This document shows, one piece after another, positions 47,650 through 57,844 of a stretch of 64,000 nt of DNA. The translations under genes and the position numbers were made by a program. This DNA is from an uncultured Actinomycetes bacterium. GTDB lineage: Bacteria; Actinomycetota; Thermoleophilia; RBG-16-64-13. Where the stretch lies: positions 1 through 64,000 of the forward strand of contig CAVPLM010000006.1 in NCBI GenBank assembly GCA_963706025.1, in the 5' to 3' direction. A model generated the notes under the pieces. It was not told the origin of the DNA, ran no database searches, and saw only the letters and a list, made by a program, of their open reading frames with translations. Positions within the stretch are counted from its first letter, which is position 1; every line of letters starts with the position of its first letter.

Positions 47650-49272
47650 TCAGGCTGGGCCGGATTCCTCCTCGACGGCTTCGGCCACGGGAGTCTCGGC
47701 CGGCACCGCCTCGGCCGGCGCTGCAGTATCGTCGGCCGCTGGGCCGGTCTCTTGCGACGACTGACGCGAGGGCCGCAGCGGGATGGGTGTCGGCGGCTTG
47801 GCCGCGGTAGGTGAGGGGGTTTCGGTCGCGTCCGTTAGCGCCTCCTCCGCGACCGGGGGCGCTTCCTCTGCTACGGAGGGGGCCTCCTCTGCCGTCGGCA
47901 CGTCCTCTGCTGCCAGCACTTCCTCCGCGGCTGCGGGTGATCCTTCTGCTGCCGGCGCTGCGTCGCCCGCATCAGGCAGGTCAGTTGGTTGTACTGCCGC
48001 CGCCGGTTCCTCGGCCACCGCCGGTTCCTCGGCCTCTGTCTGGGCCGCCACCTCGGTCGCCGCAGCGCCGGTGACGGCCGCCGTCGCTGCCCCGGTCATC
48101 TCCGGAGCGACGTCGTCCATCGGGGGTGGCACGACCTCCGCGCCCGGCCTGATCTCGGTGGGATCCGGCTGGGCGGCGGAGTCTGCAGTCTGGCCGATAT
48201 CCGGTTGCGCGGCTGTGCCCGCGGGCTGCTCAGCGCCCGTCTGCGGGGCAGCGTCCGGCGCTTCGGCCGCGTCGGACTGCGACGGCGGAGCTTTGCGGCG
48301 GCGGCGCAGCAGCAGAATCACCGCCAGGACTATCAAGGCGACGACGACCACGGCTGCTACGATGACGCCGATGATGGCAGCCCAATTACGGACCATGCTT
48401 TCGGCGTACATGTCCGTGCTGCCGGAGAATCCGACGTTCCAAATGAGCGTGTTCCCCTCCACCATGTCCGCGTTGCTGTCCTCGATCTCGCCGGGGAGGG
48501 TCAGCCTGTTCTGGATCACCAGCACCTTCTCCAGAAGGTCAGCGGGCAGACTGGATGATCCGTTCTGGACTCCCGACATGACCTTGTCCGGGTCCAAGGT
48601 GGTGGAGAATACCGTTCTGGTCCCGAAGAAACCCTTCTCCTGAGTTATGTAGAATTCGTCCATCGGGGCGATGGAAGAGATCACGCCCTCGGACATGATC
48701 TGCTCTAGTTCTTCCAGGTCGGAGAACGAGCGGGTCAGGCTCAGCCAGCGGGTACCCGAATCGTCGGTCCCCCTCTCCACCTGCCAGTCCCCGGGTATCT
48801 GCCCCAAGATAAGGTCGAAAAGCTCATCCACGCTGGTGGGCAGCGCATCGGACAGATCGCTAACGGCACCCAACGCGCCCAGGATAGACCCGAGGGTCCC
48901 CATATTATCGAGGATCCCGAGATCCCCGAGGCCACCGAGGACCGATCCGAGGATGCCGAGATCTCCAAGGTCACCGAGATCTCCGAGGTCCTCAATGCCC
49001 CCAAGGCTCTCCCCGGCATTCGAGAGCTCATCCTGCAGTTCCTTGTCGGCGGCCAGACGTATGCCGACAGTGCCGGAGCCATCGGCCTCGACCTTGGTGT
49101 CGAGCCCGAACTGGATGGTGCACCCGGTCAGAAAGACCGCCATCACAACGACAAGCGCGAGAGTGGCGGCCAGTATCTTCGCCGGTGGTCTGTGAGTCGC
49201 CGGCCCTCTGCCCTTCGACGGCTCAGTACTTGTTCTCTCCGTCTTAGCAGGCGTAGCCGCCGTACGGTTCAC
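47650..49272 (-). CDS. LppM-like lipoprotein with C-terminal TM and acidic Ala/Pro tail
   Basis: Lipobox LTGC; KVEADGSG; LTLPGEIEDSNA...NTLIW; TM then RRRRK; LGD/LG repeat insertion. Confidence 0.8.
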   Translation of the reverse strand: MNRTAATPAKTERTSTEPSKGRGPATHRPPAKILAATLALVVVMAVFLTGCTIQFGLDTKVEADGSGTVGIRLAADKELQDELSNAGESLGGIEDLGDLGDLGDLGILGSVLGGLGDLGILDNMGTLGSILGALGAVSDLSDALPTSVDELFDLILGQIPGDWQVERGTDDSGTRWLSLTRSFSDLEELEQIMSEGVISSIAPMDEFYITQEKGFFGTRTVFSTTLDPDKVMSGVQNGSSSLPADLLEKVLVIQNRLTLPGEIEDSNADMVEGNTLIWNVGFSGSTDMYAESMVRNWAAIIGVIVAAVVVVALIVLAVILLLRRRRKAPPSQSDAAEAPDAAPQTGAEQPAGTAAQPDIGQTADSAAQPDPTEIRPGAEVVPPPMDDVAPEMTGAATAAVTGAAATEVAAQTEAEEPAVAEEPAAAVQPTDLPDAGDAAPAAEGSPAAAEEVLAAEDVPTAEEAPSVAEEAPPVAEEALTDATETPSPTAAKPPTPIPLRPSRQSSQETGPAADDTAAPAEAVPAETPVAEAVEEESGPA

Positions 49273-49368
49273 TGCAACCCCCTTGTACTATCTATCGCCG
49301 ACCGGAAAGGAATGCCCGGGCTACGACGGGTGGATACCCAGGGGGGTTCCCGTCTACACACGGCTCAC

Positions 49369-49452
49369 TTGCACTCATTCGAGCCACGGTGTACTATCAA
49401 GAACAAACACCGTTCAGCAATCCATAACCTGTTCATTGAACGTTTAGTGTTT
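49369..49452 (+). promoter_or_regulatory. sigma70 promoter with downstream TetR-type operator repeats
   Basis: TTGCAC-17 nt-TACTAT, then AAACACCGTTCA, TAACCTGTTCA and the inverted TGAACG...GTGTTT. Confidence 0.6.
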
Positions 49453-49462
49453 GGAGTTCGGC

Positions 49463-50110
49463 GTGGATCAGCAACCCCGGCTTTCCCGGCGCGAGCGACG
49501 GCGCCTGTCCACAAGAGAAGAGATCCTTACCGCGGCGCGGGAACTGCTGCTCGAGGTGGGGCCGGAGGCTTTGAGCCTGCGCCAAGTGGCGCGGCGGGCC
49601 GATTTCAGCCCGGCCGCGCTCTACACGTACTTCGCCAGCCGCGACGAACTGGTCGCCTCTCTCTTCGCTGAGTCATTCGAGCGTCTGGACGCGTATCTCC
49701 GGCGCGTGCCGGTCGACCTGGCTCCCGCTGAGCGGGTGGTGGAGCTGGGCATGGCCTACATGGACTTCGCTCGGGACAATCCCATGGACCTTCGCTGCAT
49801 CTTGTCGGCCACATCGCAGGATCTACCACCCTCGAGCGGCAAGGCCCTCGGTCTGGGCTCGGCCAGGCTCATCGGCCAGACCTTCAGAGAGGGGGTCGAG
49901 AAGGGAGTCTTCGCCGGCCCCTCCGGGCTGTCGGCCGCCGAGATGGCCTTCGGGGCCTGGGCTCTCGTACACGGGATGGTGTCCATCGCGGGGATCGATC
50001 TGACCGAGGTAAGCGACGAGGTGTCGGCGGAGCCCCGCCGCGTCCTCGAGAGTTACGTGCAGTTGCTGATGGCGCCCCGTGGTGCCGAGGAGCCGCTCGG
50101 CGAGGCTTAG
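49463..50110 (+). CDS. TetR/AcrR regulator (WHG-type C-terminus)
   Basis: LSLRQVARRADFSPAALYTYF; WALVHG. Confidence 0.93.
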   Translation: MDQQPRLSRRERRRLSTREEILTAARELLLEVGPEALSLRQVARRADFSPAALYTYFASRDELVASLFAESFERLDAYLRRVPVDLAPAERVVELGMAYMDFARDNPMDLRCILSATSQDLPPSSGKALGLGSARLIGQTFREGVEKGVFAGPSGLSAAEMAFGAWALVHGMVSIAGIDLTEVSDEVSAEPRRVLESYVQLLMAPRGAEEPLGEA

Positions 50111-50141
50111 AACGAGTTCTTAGGGCGCTCGAATCGAGGTA

Positions 50142-52514
50142 ATGGCTATGTTTGAGGCCTTAGGTAGGTTCTCCTACCGCTTCAGATGGATCGTGATCGC
50201 TGTCTGGATCGTGCTATTCGGCGTCAGCGTGGTGGCCACCCCTCGGCTTGCCGATGTCCTCCAAGGGAGCTTCAGCAATCCCGACGCTCCGTCCCAGCAG
50301 GCCGCGGCTCTAGTAGAGGAGAAGTTCCAGCAGGGTCCGACTACGGTGGTGGTCGTCTTTCAGAGCGACGATCTCCAGGCGACAGACGAGGCGTTCCAAG
50401 CAGCGGAGGCTAAAGCCCTCGATGGACTCACCTCCGCCCAGATCCCGCACCTGGAGAGCATCCAGACCTATGCCAACAGCGGTGCCACCCAGTTGATCTC
50501 CGAGGATGGCAAGAGCTCCGTGGCGGTGCTCAGCTTCAGCGCCTCCCTTCAAGAGATTCAGAATGAAGTCGAGCCGATCCGCGCTGCTCTAGAGGGAACC
50601 GACTTGCAGGTCTACGTGACCGGGGAACCGGCCGTGAACGCGGACCTCACGGAGCAGTCGTTCCGCGACCTACAGAAGGTGGAGCTGTATGGTCTGCCCG
50701 TGGCGCTGATCGCTTTGATCTTCGTCTTCGGCAGCCTGGTGTCGGCGGCGCTGCCGGTGATAACGGGGGGCCTGGCCGTAACCGTGACGCTGGGCGCCAT
50801 GTACCTCATCGGCCACGCCACCAGCATGTCGATCTTCGCCATGAACTCGGCCACGCTCCTGGGGTTGGCGGTGGCCATCGACTATGCGCTGTTCATCGTG
50901 TGGCGCTTCCGCGAGGAACTGCACAGAGGGGCCTCCGTCAAGGAGGCCGTGGTCGTGACCACGGCCCGGGCGGGTCGTTCCATCTTCTACAGCGGGGCCG
51001 CGGTGATGGTGGGGGTGGTCGGACTGGTGTTCTTCCCCTCTCCCGGACTGCGCTCGATGGGGATCGCGGGAGCCCTGGTGGTGTTCCTGTCGGTAGCGGC
51101 CTCGCTGACCTTCATGCCGGCGCTCATGGGGGTGCTCGGTCGCCGAGTGAACTCTGTTCCCGTGGTGAAGCTCCAGGCAGCGCACGATGGACGGTTCTGG
51201 AAGAGGTGGGCCGGTGTTGTGCTCAAGCGTCCCTGGCTCTCCATCACCATCGCAGTGGCGCTCATCGCTCTGGTCGCGGCTCCTGCCGCGACCATGAAGA
51301 CCCAGATGACGTCGGCCACCACCCTGCCGCGGACGATGGAGTCTCGCCAGGGCATGGAGATCCTCGACCAAGAGTTCGACCGGGAGGCGCTCTCGCCGAC
51401 CTCGGTGCTGGTCACCTGGGAAGGTGACGAGTCGATCGACATGACCCGAGCGGCCTCTCTCTTCATGTATGGACAGCAGATCTCCGAACTGCCCGGCGTA
51501 GCGTCGGTGATCAGTCCTCTCACGTCCACCGGTTTGAGCGATCCCACAGCTCTCGCTGCGTTATGGCCCCAGTTCGAGCAACTGCTCAACGACCCCGACG
51601 GTTTCGTCGTGCCCGAGGAGGGCATCACGCTCGAGTCCGGGACAACGATCACCGCCGAGCAGTTGGAACAGTTCAAGCAACTCATCAAATCCTCCGTCGC
51701 TCCGGGAGCCATGCTCTTCCGAGTGGTGTCGGAAAACCCGCCTGCCTCGGGCGAGTCCCGAGATCTGGTGGAATCCCTTATGCAGTCGGACGCGCCCGCG
51801 GGGTCCCAGATACACGTGGCCGGCGAATCGGCCTACAACTACGACTTCTTCACGGAAGTGGCCGACTGGTTCCCGTGGGTCATCGCCTGGGTGGTGGTCA
51901 CCAGCCTGGTGGTGTTCGTGATCTTCTTGCGCAGTTTGGTCCTGCCCGTAGTCGCCGTAGTGGTTAACCTCCTCACCATCGCCATGAGCTGGGGCTGGTT
52001 GGTCCTACTCTTCCAAGGCGATACCTTGGAACGAGTGCTGGGGTTCACCTCGTCCGGGGCCATCGACGTCGTCATCCCGGTGGTGATGCTCTGCGTCCTC
52101 TTCGGCATCACCATGGACTACGCGATCTTCATGCTCACACGCGTGCACGAGCACTGGAAACGTACCGGGGACAACCGGGAGAGCGTCGTCATCGGCCTGG
52201 TGCGCACGGGTCGCATCATCGTCAGTGCGGCCTTACTGGTGGTGATCGTGACCGGGGCGTTCGTCTTCACAAGTATCGCCGAGACGAAGATGCTGGGTCT
52301 GGGGATCGCCCTGGCGATCATCGTGGACATACTGTTCGTGCGCCTGACGCTTCTGCCGGCGATCATGGTCTATCTCGGCAAGGCCAACTGGTGGTGGCCC
52401 AGGGTCCGGGCCCGAGGACAGGTCAAGCCGGAAGCAGAACCGAGAACGTCGAGCCCAAGCCTTCCTCGCTCTTCAGTTCGAGGCGCCCGCCCGCCTGCTC
52501 GACGAGGCGCTTGA
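50142..52514 (+). CDS. MMPL transporter
   Basis: GLAVAIDYALFIVWRFREE; FGITMDYAIFMLTRVHE; KANWWWP. Confidence 0.95.
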   Translation: MAMFEALGRFSYRFRWIVIAVWIVLFGVSVVATPRLADVLQGSFSNPDAPSQQAAALVEEKFQQGPTTVVVVFQSDDLQATDEAFQAAEAKALDGLTSAQIPHLESIQTYANSGATQLISEDGKSSVAVLSFSASLQEIQNEVEPIRAALEGTDLQVYVTGEPAVNADLTEQSFRDLQKVELYGLPVALIALIFVFGSLVSAALPVITGGLAVTVTLGAMYLIGHATSMSIFAMNSATLLGLAVAIDYALFIVWRFREELHRGASVKEAVVVTTARAGRSIFYSGAAVMVGVVGLVFFPSPGLRSMGIAGALVVFLSVAASLTFMPALMGVLGRRVNSVPVVKLQAAHDGRFWKRWAGVVLKRPWLSITIAVALIALVAAPAATMKTQMTSATTLPRTMESRQGMEILDQEFDREALSPTSVLVTWEGDESIDMTRAASLFMYGQQISELPGVASVISPLTSTGLSDPTALAALWPQFEQLLNDPDGFVVPEEGITLESGTTITAEQLEQFKQLIKSSVAPGAMLFRVVSENPPASGESRDLVESLMQSDAPAGSQIHVAGESAYNYDFFTEVADWFPWVIAWVVVTSLVVFVIFLRSLVLPVVAVVVNLLTIAMSWGWLVLLFQGDTLERVLGFTSSGAIDVVIPVVMLCVLFGITMDYAIFMLTRVHEHWKRTGDNRESVVIGLVRTGRIIVSAALLVVIVTGAFVFTSIAETKMLGLGIALAIIVDILFVRLTLLPAIMVYLGKANWWWPRVRARGQVKPEAEPRTSSPSLPRSSVRGARPPARRGA

Positions 52515-52637
52515 CGATGGCCGGCCCCTCGCGGCGGCTGCAGCCCCGTCAACCATAACGCGATGGTGCGTGCAGCGACCCGCGGACGCATGACCGCGGG
52601 GCCGGTGTCATGCGTCAAATCGGCCAACAGCTAGGGG

Positions 52638-54130
52638 CTAAGAGAAGTACTTCTCCAGGTCGACGTCGACGAACTGTGAGCGCTCGAAGACGTCCTTCAT
52701 ATGAAGCGGCACCGTGCAGTCGAAGATGGTCTTGCAGGTGATGCCCGGGCCGGGCAACATCGGGTTGTACTCGGGGGTGGCCGACGGGTCGAGGGAGTGG
52801 CCGCGCACACCCGGTATGAATATGGTGTCCACGTCTCCCTGGTACCGGGTGGTCATGGCCCACATGACGTCGGCCGAGTCGTAGGGGTCGATGTCGTCGT
52901 CCACCAAGATCACGTGCTTGAGCTCGTAGAACGCGGCGAAGGCGGTCAGGGCCGCCTGCCGCTGCAGTCCCTCATCGGTGGGCTTCCGCTTCCTTACCTG
53001 CAGGATGGCCAGGTACTTGCCGCCGCCGGCCGAGTGGCAGTAGACGTTTTGGAGGAAGCCGGGTAGGGCGTCCTCGATCAGCCGGTAGATGCTGGCCTCG
53101 GTAGGCAGGCCGGTGAGGGTCACGTGCTCCTCGCCGGGGCCGACCAGGATCTGGTAGATGGGATCGGTGCGGTGGGTGATCGCCGTCACTCTCAAGACCG
53201 GCAGATGGGGCTGAGCCTTCCCGACGTAGCCGGGGAATTCCGGCATAGCCCAGCCGCTCCCGGTCAGTGCGTCCTCGTCGGCATACTCGCCCGGCCTGAA
53301 CTCGCCCTCGAGGACGATCTCGGCCCGGGCGATGGTCTTCGTTGCTTGCGTGAGGCAATCGACCAACTCCACCGGCCGCCCCCGCAGGCCTCCGGCGATG
53401 GTCAACTCGTCGAAGCCGAGGGGCGTTGTCGGCGCTTCGAACGAGGTGGCCACGTAGATGGCCGGATCGAGACCGATGCTCACGGAGACGGGTAGGGGCC
53501 TGCCCTTCGCCTCGGCCTTGAGCCGGAACACGTCGATGTGCCTACCTGGGGTGAAGCTGACGCTCATGCTGTCCGGCCCGTGGATGCACATGCGGTGGAT
53601 GGTGACGTCGGAGACCCCCGTCTCGGGGTCCTCGGCCCGGAGCAGGGCCATGTTGAAAAAGGGCCCCGTGTCTTTCGTGGTATTGATGATGGGGGGGATG
53701 ACCTCGCGCAGGTCGAACGGGGGCCTTGATGACCACTTGTTGGCAAGGGGCCTCGGCCGCCGCCACCGTCACGGGGAGAACCGGTCGGTCCAGAGGCGGC
53801 AAGAAGATCGAACATCAGGCGTTCCTTGGAGCTGCCCAGGAGTAGAGCGGTGCGCTCCCGACTGGCCAAGACACCGGCGACCACTCTCATCTTGTGGCCC
53901 TTGACGTTCTCGAACAGCATGGCCGGGCCCACCTGGGTGGGGGGCGCCGTAGGGGTGCCGGAGCCCACCCGGCGGTAGACGCCGGCCAACTCCATGTCGG
54001 GGTCCACTTCCACCTTGGTCGACACGAGTTGTCCGGGGATGTTCGCCAGGAAGTCGAGAGCCGAGCGCAAATCGGTGATGTCGCCGGCCTTCATAGGGGT
54101 CTTACCGGCCTGGGACTGCGAACTCTCCAT
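52638..54130 (-). CDS. UbiD-family decarboxylase, AroY/LpdC (protocatechuate/gallate decarboxylase)-like (frameshifts 53720-53800)
   Basis: PTQVGPAMLFENVKG; DVTIHRMC; AMPEFPGY; GEEHVTLTGLPTEASI; AGGGKYLAILQV; WAMTTR; LDPS; CKTIFDCTVP. Confidence 0.9.
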
Positions 54131-54383
54131 CAGATCGTCCTCGCTCTGTGGTGGCCGCTTTTCGGCTGTGCTCAGACTGCTTGCTACTGCGGGACTCTTT
54201 TGGTCGGGCTCACGCAACTATATCAGAGTCGCAATTCGGTTTGATCTGGGACCGACTCGAAGGCCTCCTGAGCGAGCTCTCGGTTCACACAGGCTAGAAT
54301 AGGTCCATCGTTCAGGAAAGGCGCTGGGGACGGGATGACGCGGGGATCGGGCCGGATGCCGCCGAGAGAGAGGGGAGAAGACC

Positions 54384-55400
54384 ATGGATGAGAGGAAAGG
54401 GGAATCCGCAGCGGCCGGCGTTGCGGCTGCGGCTGGGAACTCGGCGGTCAGGGGCACGGTCGCGGTCCTTGGTGCAGGCAACACCGGAGCGAGCTGGGCG
54501 GGTCTGTTCGCGGCGCATGGGTACGCGGTACGGTTGTTCGACACACAGCCGGGGGCCGCGGCGGCGGCGCTGGAGCGCACCGCCGCGGCGGCCCGGTTTC
54601 TGGTCACCAAGGGCCTGGCGGAGCCGGGAGCGGCCGAGCGGGGCATCGCCGGATTGGAGGCTGCCGCCACTCTGCAAGAGGCGGTCGCCGGAGTCGTGCT
54701 GGTGCAGGAATGCGTCACCGACAACGTCGCGCTCAAGCGCGGGGTATTCGCGGACGTCAGCCGCGCCGCGCCGGAGGATGCCCTGATCGCCACCAGTTCT
54801 TCCGGACTCTCGATCACCGAGATCCAGCAGGCGTCGCATCTTCCCGGGCGGACCCTGGCCGCCCATCCGTACAACCCGCCCCACATCGTCCCGCTGGTCG
54901 AGTTGGCCCCGGGCGCGCTCACCGACCCCGGCACGCTCGAGCGGGCGCGCGCGTTCTATCTGGGCGTCGGCAAGGAACCGGTCGTGGTGAGCCGCGACGT
55001 TCCCGGCTACATAGCCAACCGCATGTCCGCGGCACTCTGGCGGGAAGCGATCGAGTTGGTGCGCTCGGGCGTGGCCACGGTCGAAGACGTGGACAAAGCC
55101 ATCTGCTACGGCCCTGGTCTGCGCTGGGCGGTCATGGGCCCGCATCTCATCTACCATTTGGGTGGCGGGAACGCGGGCATACGTGGACATGTGTCCCACC
55201 TAACAGGTACCAAGGAGGGGATGCTGCGCGATCTCGCCACCTGGACCACCTTCCCTGCCGACATTGCCGACCTGCTTGCCGCGGGCGTGGAAGCCGAAGC
55301 CGGCGACAAGACCCTAGCGGAACTCGAGGTGGAGCGGGACGAGGCTCTGGCGGCTGTGGTGCTTGCACTGAGGGAAATCCGGCCGCCGCGGCGGGCGTAG
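54384..55400 (+). CDS. 3-hydroxyacyl-CoA dehydrogenase family (carnitine/L-gulonate dehydrogenase-like)
   Basis: LGAGNTG, VQEC, SSSGL, HPYNPPHIVPLVE, GYIANR, GPGLRWAVMGP. Confidence 0.92.
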   Translation: MDERKGESAAAGVAAAAGNSAVRGTVAVLGAGNTGASWAGLFAAHGYAVRLFDTQPGAAAAALERTAAAARFLVTKGLAEPGAAERGIAGLEAAATLQEAVAGVVLVQECVTDNVALKRGVFADVSRAAPEDALIATSSSGLSITEIQQASHLPGRTLAAHPYNPPHIVPLVELAPGALTDPGTLERARAFYLGVGKEPVVVSRDVPGYIANRMSAALWREAIELVRSGVATVEDVDKAICYGPGLRWAVMGPHLIYHLGGGNAGIRGHVSHLTGTKEGMLRDLATWTTFPADIADLLAAGVEAEAGDKTLAELEVERDEALAAVVLALREIRPPRRA

Positions 55401-55401
55401 G

Positions 55402-56307
55402 GTGGCTACCGCCGCCGCCACGCCGGTCCCTGGCGTAGAGCCCGCCCGTGGGCCTGTGCTCGCCATCGTCCCGGCGCACGACGAGGCGTCGCGAGTAGCC
55501 GCGGTCGTTCGAGGACTCATCGAGCAGGGTCTACCGGTGTTGGCCGTGGACGACGGCTCCACCGACGGCACCGGAGAGGTAGCCCGGGAGGCCGGCGCCC
55601 GCGTGCTCCGTCTCGAGCCGAACCAGGGTAAGGGCGCCGCGCTGAAGGCCGGTTTCCGACTGGCGCTCGGCGAGACGGTGAGCGAGGCGCTCGGCGAGGT
55701 GCCATCCGATAAGGCACCCGGCGTCGCGCCGGGCGGGGCGCCACCGACGGTGGCTGCCTCGTCGCCGGCGGTCGCAGGCTCGGCATCGGCCGACGAGTCG
55801 GCGCCCCGCGGCCAGGAGGCCGAAGAACCGGCCCCCGACGGCCGCTGGGCCGGGATCCTCACCCTAGACGGCGACGGACAGCACGATCCGGCTGAGGTCC
55901 CTGCCTTCCTACGGGCCTGGCGTGAGACCGGCGCCGACCTCGTGGTCGGCGCCCGCGACTACCGGCGCATGCCGCCGATCCGCTGGTTTACCAACACTGT
56001 CAGCCGCCGTCTCTTCTCCTGGGCGCTGGGCGAGACGATCAAGGACAACCAATCCGGATATCGTCTGCGCAGTCGTCGCCTGGCAGAGACGGTACTGGCC
56101 AGTCCCGAGGAAGGCTTCGCCTTTGAGGTAGAGGAGATCGCCATCTGCGTCGGTCGCGGATACAAGCTGGCCTGGGTGCCCATCCAGACCATCTACGGGA
56201 CCGAGACCAGCGACATCAAGCCGTGGACGCACTTCGTCAGCTTCCTGCGTGTCACGCGGCGGGCGCGGAAGCGCGTGCGGGAAGAGCGCGGACGCAGCTC
56301 TACCTGA
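55402..56307 (+). CDS. Glycosyltransferase family 2 (DPM-synthase-like)
   Basis: VPAHDE, VDDGSTDGT, NQGKGAALKAG, LDGDGQH, DNQSGYR. Confidence 0.9.
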   Translation: MATAAATPVPGVEPARGPVLAIVPAHDEASRVAAVVRGLIEQGLPVLAVDDGSTDGTGEVAREAGARVLRLEPNQGKGAALKAGFRLALGETVSEALGEVPSDKAPGVAPGGAPPTVAASSPAVAGSASADESAPRGQEAEEPAPDGRWAGILTLDGDGQHDPAEVPAFLRAWRETGADLVVGARDYRRMPPIRWFTNTVSRRLFSWALGETIKDNQSGYRLRSRRLAETVLASPEEGFAFEVEEIAICVGRGYKLAWVPIQTIYGTETSDIKPWTHFVSFLRVTRRARKRVREERGRSST

Positions 56308-56908
56308 TCTGCCCCCGGATGGCGTCCACAGGATGTGACTTGTTACCCACGCTCGCGTAGGCGTTGCCTTCCTTGATCAGGGCGATCAGATCGCCGACGG
56401 TCTGACCCGCCAGGGTGCCGGTGAGGTCGGCATCTTCGATCGTCCCCTCCGCGAGCACGCCGCGCTTGACTCCGATCTCGGTCGGCCCGGGGAAGAGGGT
56501 AAGGACGGCGGTACCACTCGTGCCGGGGGCTCCCTCGTAGATCGCGCTGACACTTGGATCTGTCAGCCCATCGACCTCCAGTACGAAGGTGAGCGAAGGA
56601 ACCTCCGGGTCGTAGGTGAGGGTGAGGGTCCCGGTAGACTCGGTCCTCACCGGCGGTACCGAGTCGTCCCCCGTGAGGACGGCGGTGTACGTCGCGGCTA
56701 TCAGGCTGGTGGACGTCGTTTCGGAGGTCTCGGTCGAAGTGGTCCCTGTCTCGTCCGAGTCCCCTGAGAAGGCGATCACGAGCACTATGATGAGGACGAT
56801 CAGAGCCAGTAAGAAGACCCCGAGCACCAGCCGGCGCCTGTATATCTGTTGCGCCCGGCGCTGGCGGGCTGGCTCGATGGCCGACGGGTCGCGTGAATCC
56901 GGTTCCAT
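56300..56908 (-). CDS. Membrane-anchored CHRD-domain protein
   Basis: YRRR followed by TM; LTGDDSVPPV; AYASV...HP...IRGQI. Confidence 0.85.
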   Translation of the reverse strand: MEPDSRDPSAIEPARQRRAQQIYRRRLVLGVFLLALIVLIIVLVIAFSGDSDETGTTSTETSETTSTSLIAATYTAVLTGDDSVPPVRTESTGTLTLTYDPEVPSLTFVLEVDGLTDPSVSAIYEGAPGTSGTAVLTLFPGPTEIGVKRGVLAEGTIEDADLTGTLAGQTVGDLIALIKEGNAYASVGNKSHPVDAIRGQIR

Positions 56909-57137
56909 GTGCGCTCCTCCGTGGATCGATGACGAAGCCAAAGCCGGGACGAGCGGAGTCTAGCCAACCGCCGCTTGTATAATGCTCCAAGTAAGCCCGG
57001 GCGGCAAGAGCCTGCCTCGGTCGTGAGCGTCGGTGGCGAGCGTCGGCCGCGAGCGGAGGTCACGCCGAAGCGCGTGCGCGTCGATCGCGTCGGCCGCCTG
57101 GGCGTCGGTCGCGCCTGTTCGCACAAGGAGGCATGTA

Positions 57138-57734
57138 GTGGAGTTCCAGGAACTGATAGCCCAGCGATACGCCTGCAAGCTCTTTGACGGCCGGCCGGTC
57201 CCGGAGGAGACTATGGCCGAGCTCCTCGAGTTGGTGCGCTGGGCCCCGTCGGGCTTGAACATGCAGCCGTGGAAGATCAGGGTCGTCAGCGACGCTGCGA
57301 CGAAGGAGCTCCTGTCGCCGGCCACCCACGACGAACCTCAGGTCAAGAGCTGCTCGCACCTGCTGGTCTTCTGCGCCGACACCGATGTGGCCGCCCTCTC
57401 CGAGAAACTCGGCCGGGAGATGAAGACCCACCACGTGCCGGAAAAGATCTGGGACATCGTCATGGGTATCGCCGGCGAGATGGCCGCTCTGCCCGCGCCT
57501 GCATTCCGGTCCTGGTCGCAGAGCCAGGTCTACATCGCCGCCACCTACGCCATCCTGGGAGCCAAGGCCCTCGGTCTCGATTCCTGCCCGATGACGCACT
57601 TCATGCCCGAGGAGTACTCCCGCATCCTGGGACTGCCGGCGATTCTCGCGCCGACCATACTCTGCGCCGTGGGCCACGCGGCCGACCAGCCCAAGCCCAA
57701 GTGGCGCTATCCGGTGGAGGATTTCATCATCTGA
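57138..57734 (+). CDS. Nitroreductase family protein
   Basis: RYACKLF, APSGLNMQPW, LGLDSCPM; SD AGGAGG. Confidence 0.93.
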   Translation: MEFQELIAQRYACKLFDGRPVPEETMAELLELVRWAPSGLNMQPWKIRVVSDAATKELLSPATHDEPQVKSCSHLLVFCADTDVAALSEKLGREMKTHHVPEKIWDIVMGIAGEMAALPAPAFRSWSQSQVYIAATYAILGAKALGLDSCPMTHFMPEEYSRILGLPAILAPTILCAVGHAADQPKPKWRYPVEDFII

Positions 57735-57844
57735 ACCCTCTGGGCATCGACTGCGGCCGGGGCCGCCCGGCCGGTCACGCCGGCGCTGCCGGCACGCCGA
57801 CTCCTGGCGGCCGTCTGGGAAGGCGCCCTGGCGCTCTCGGATTC

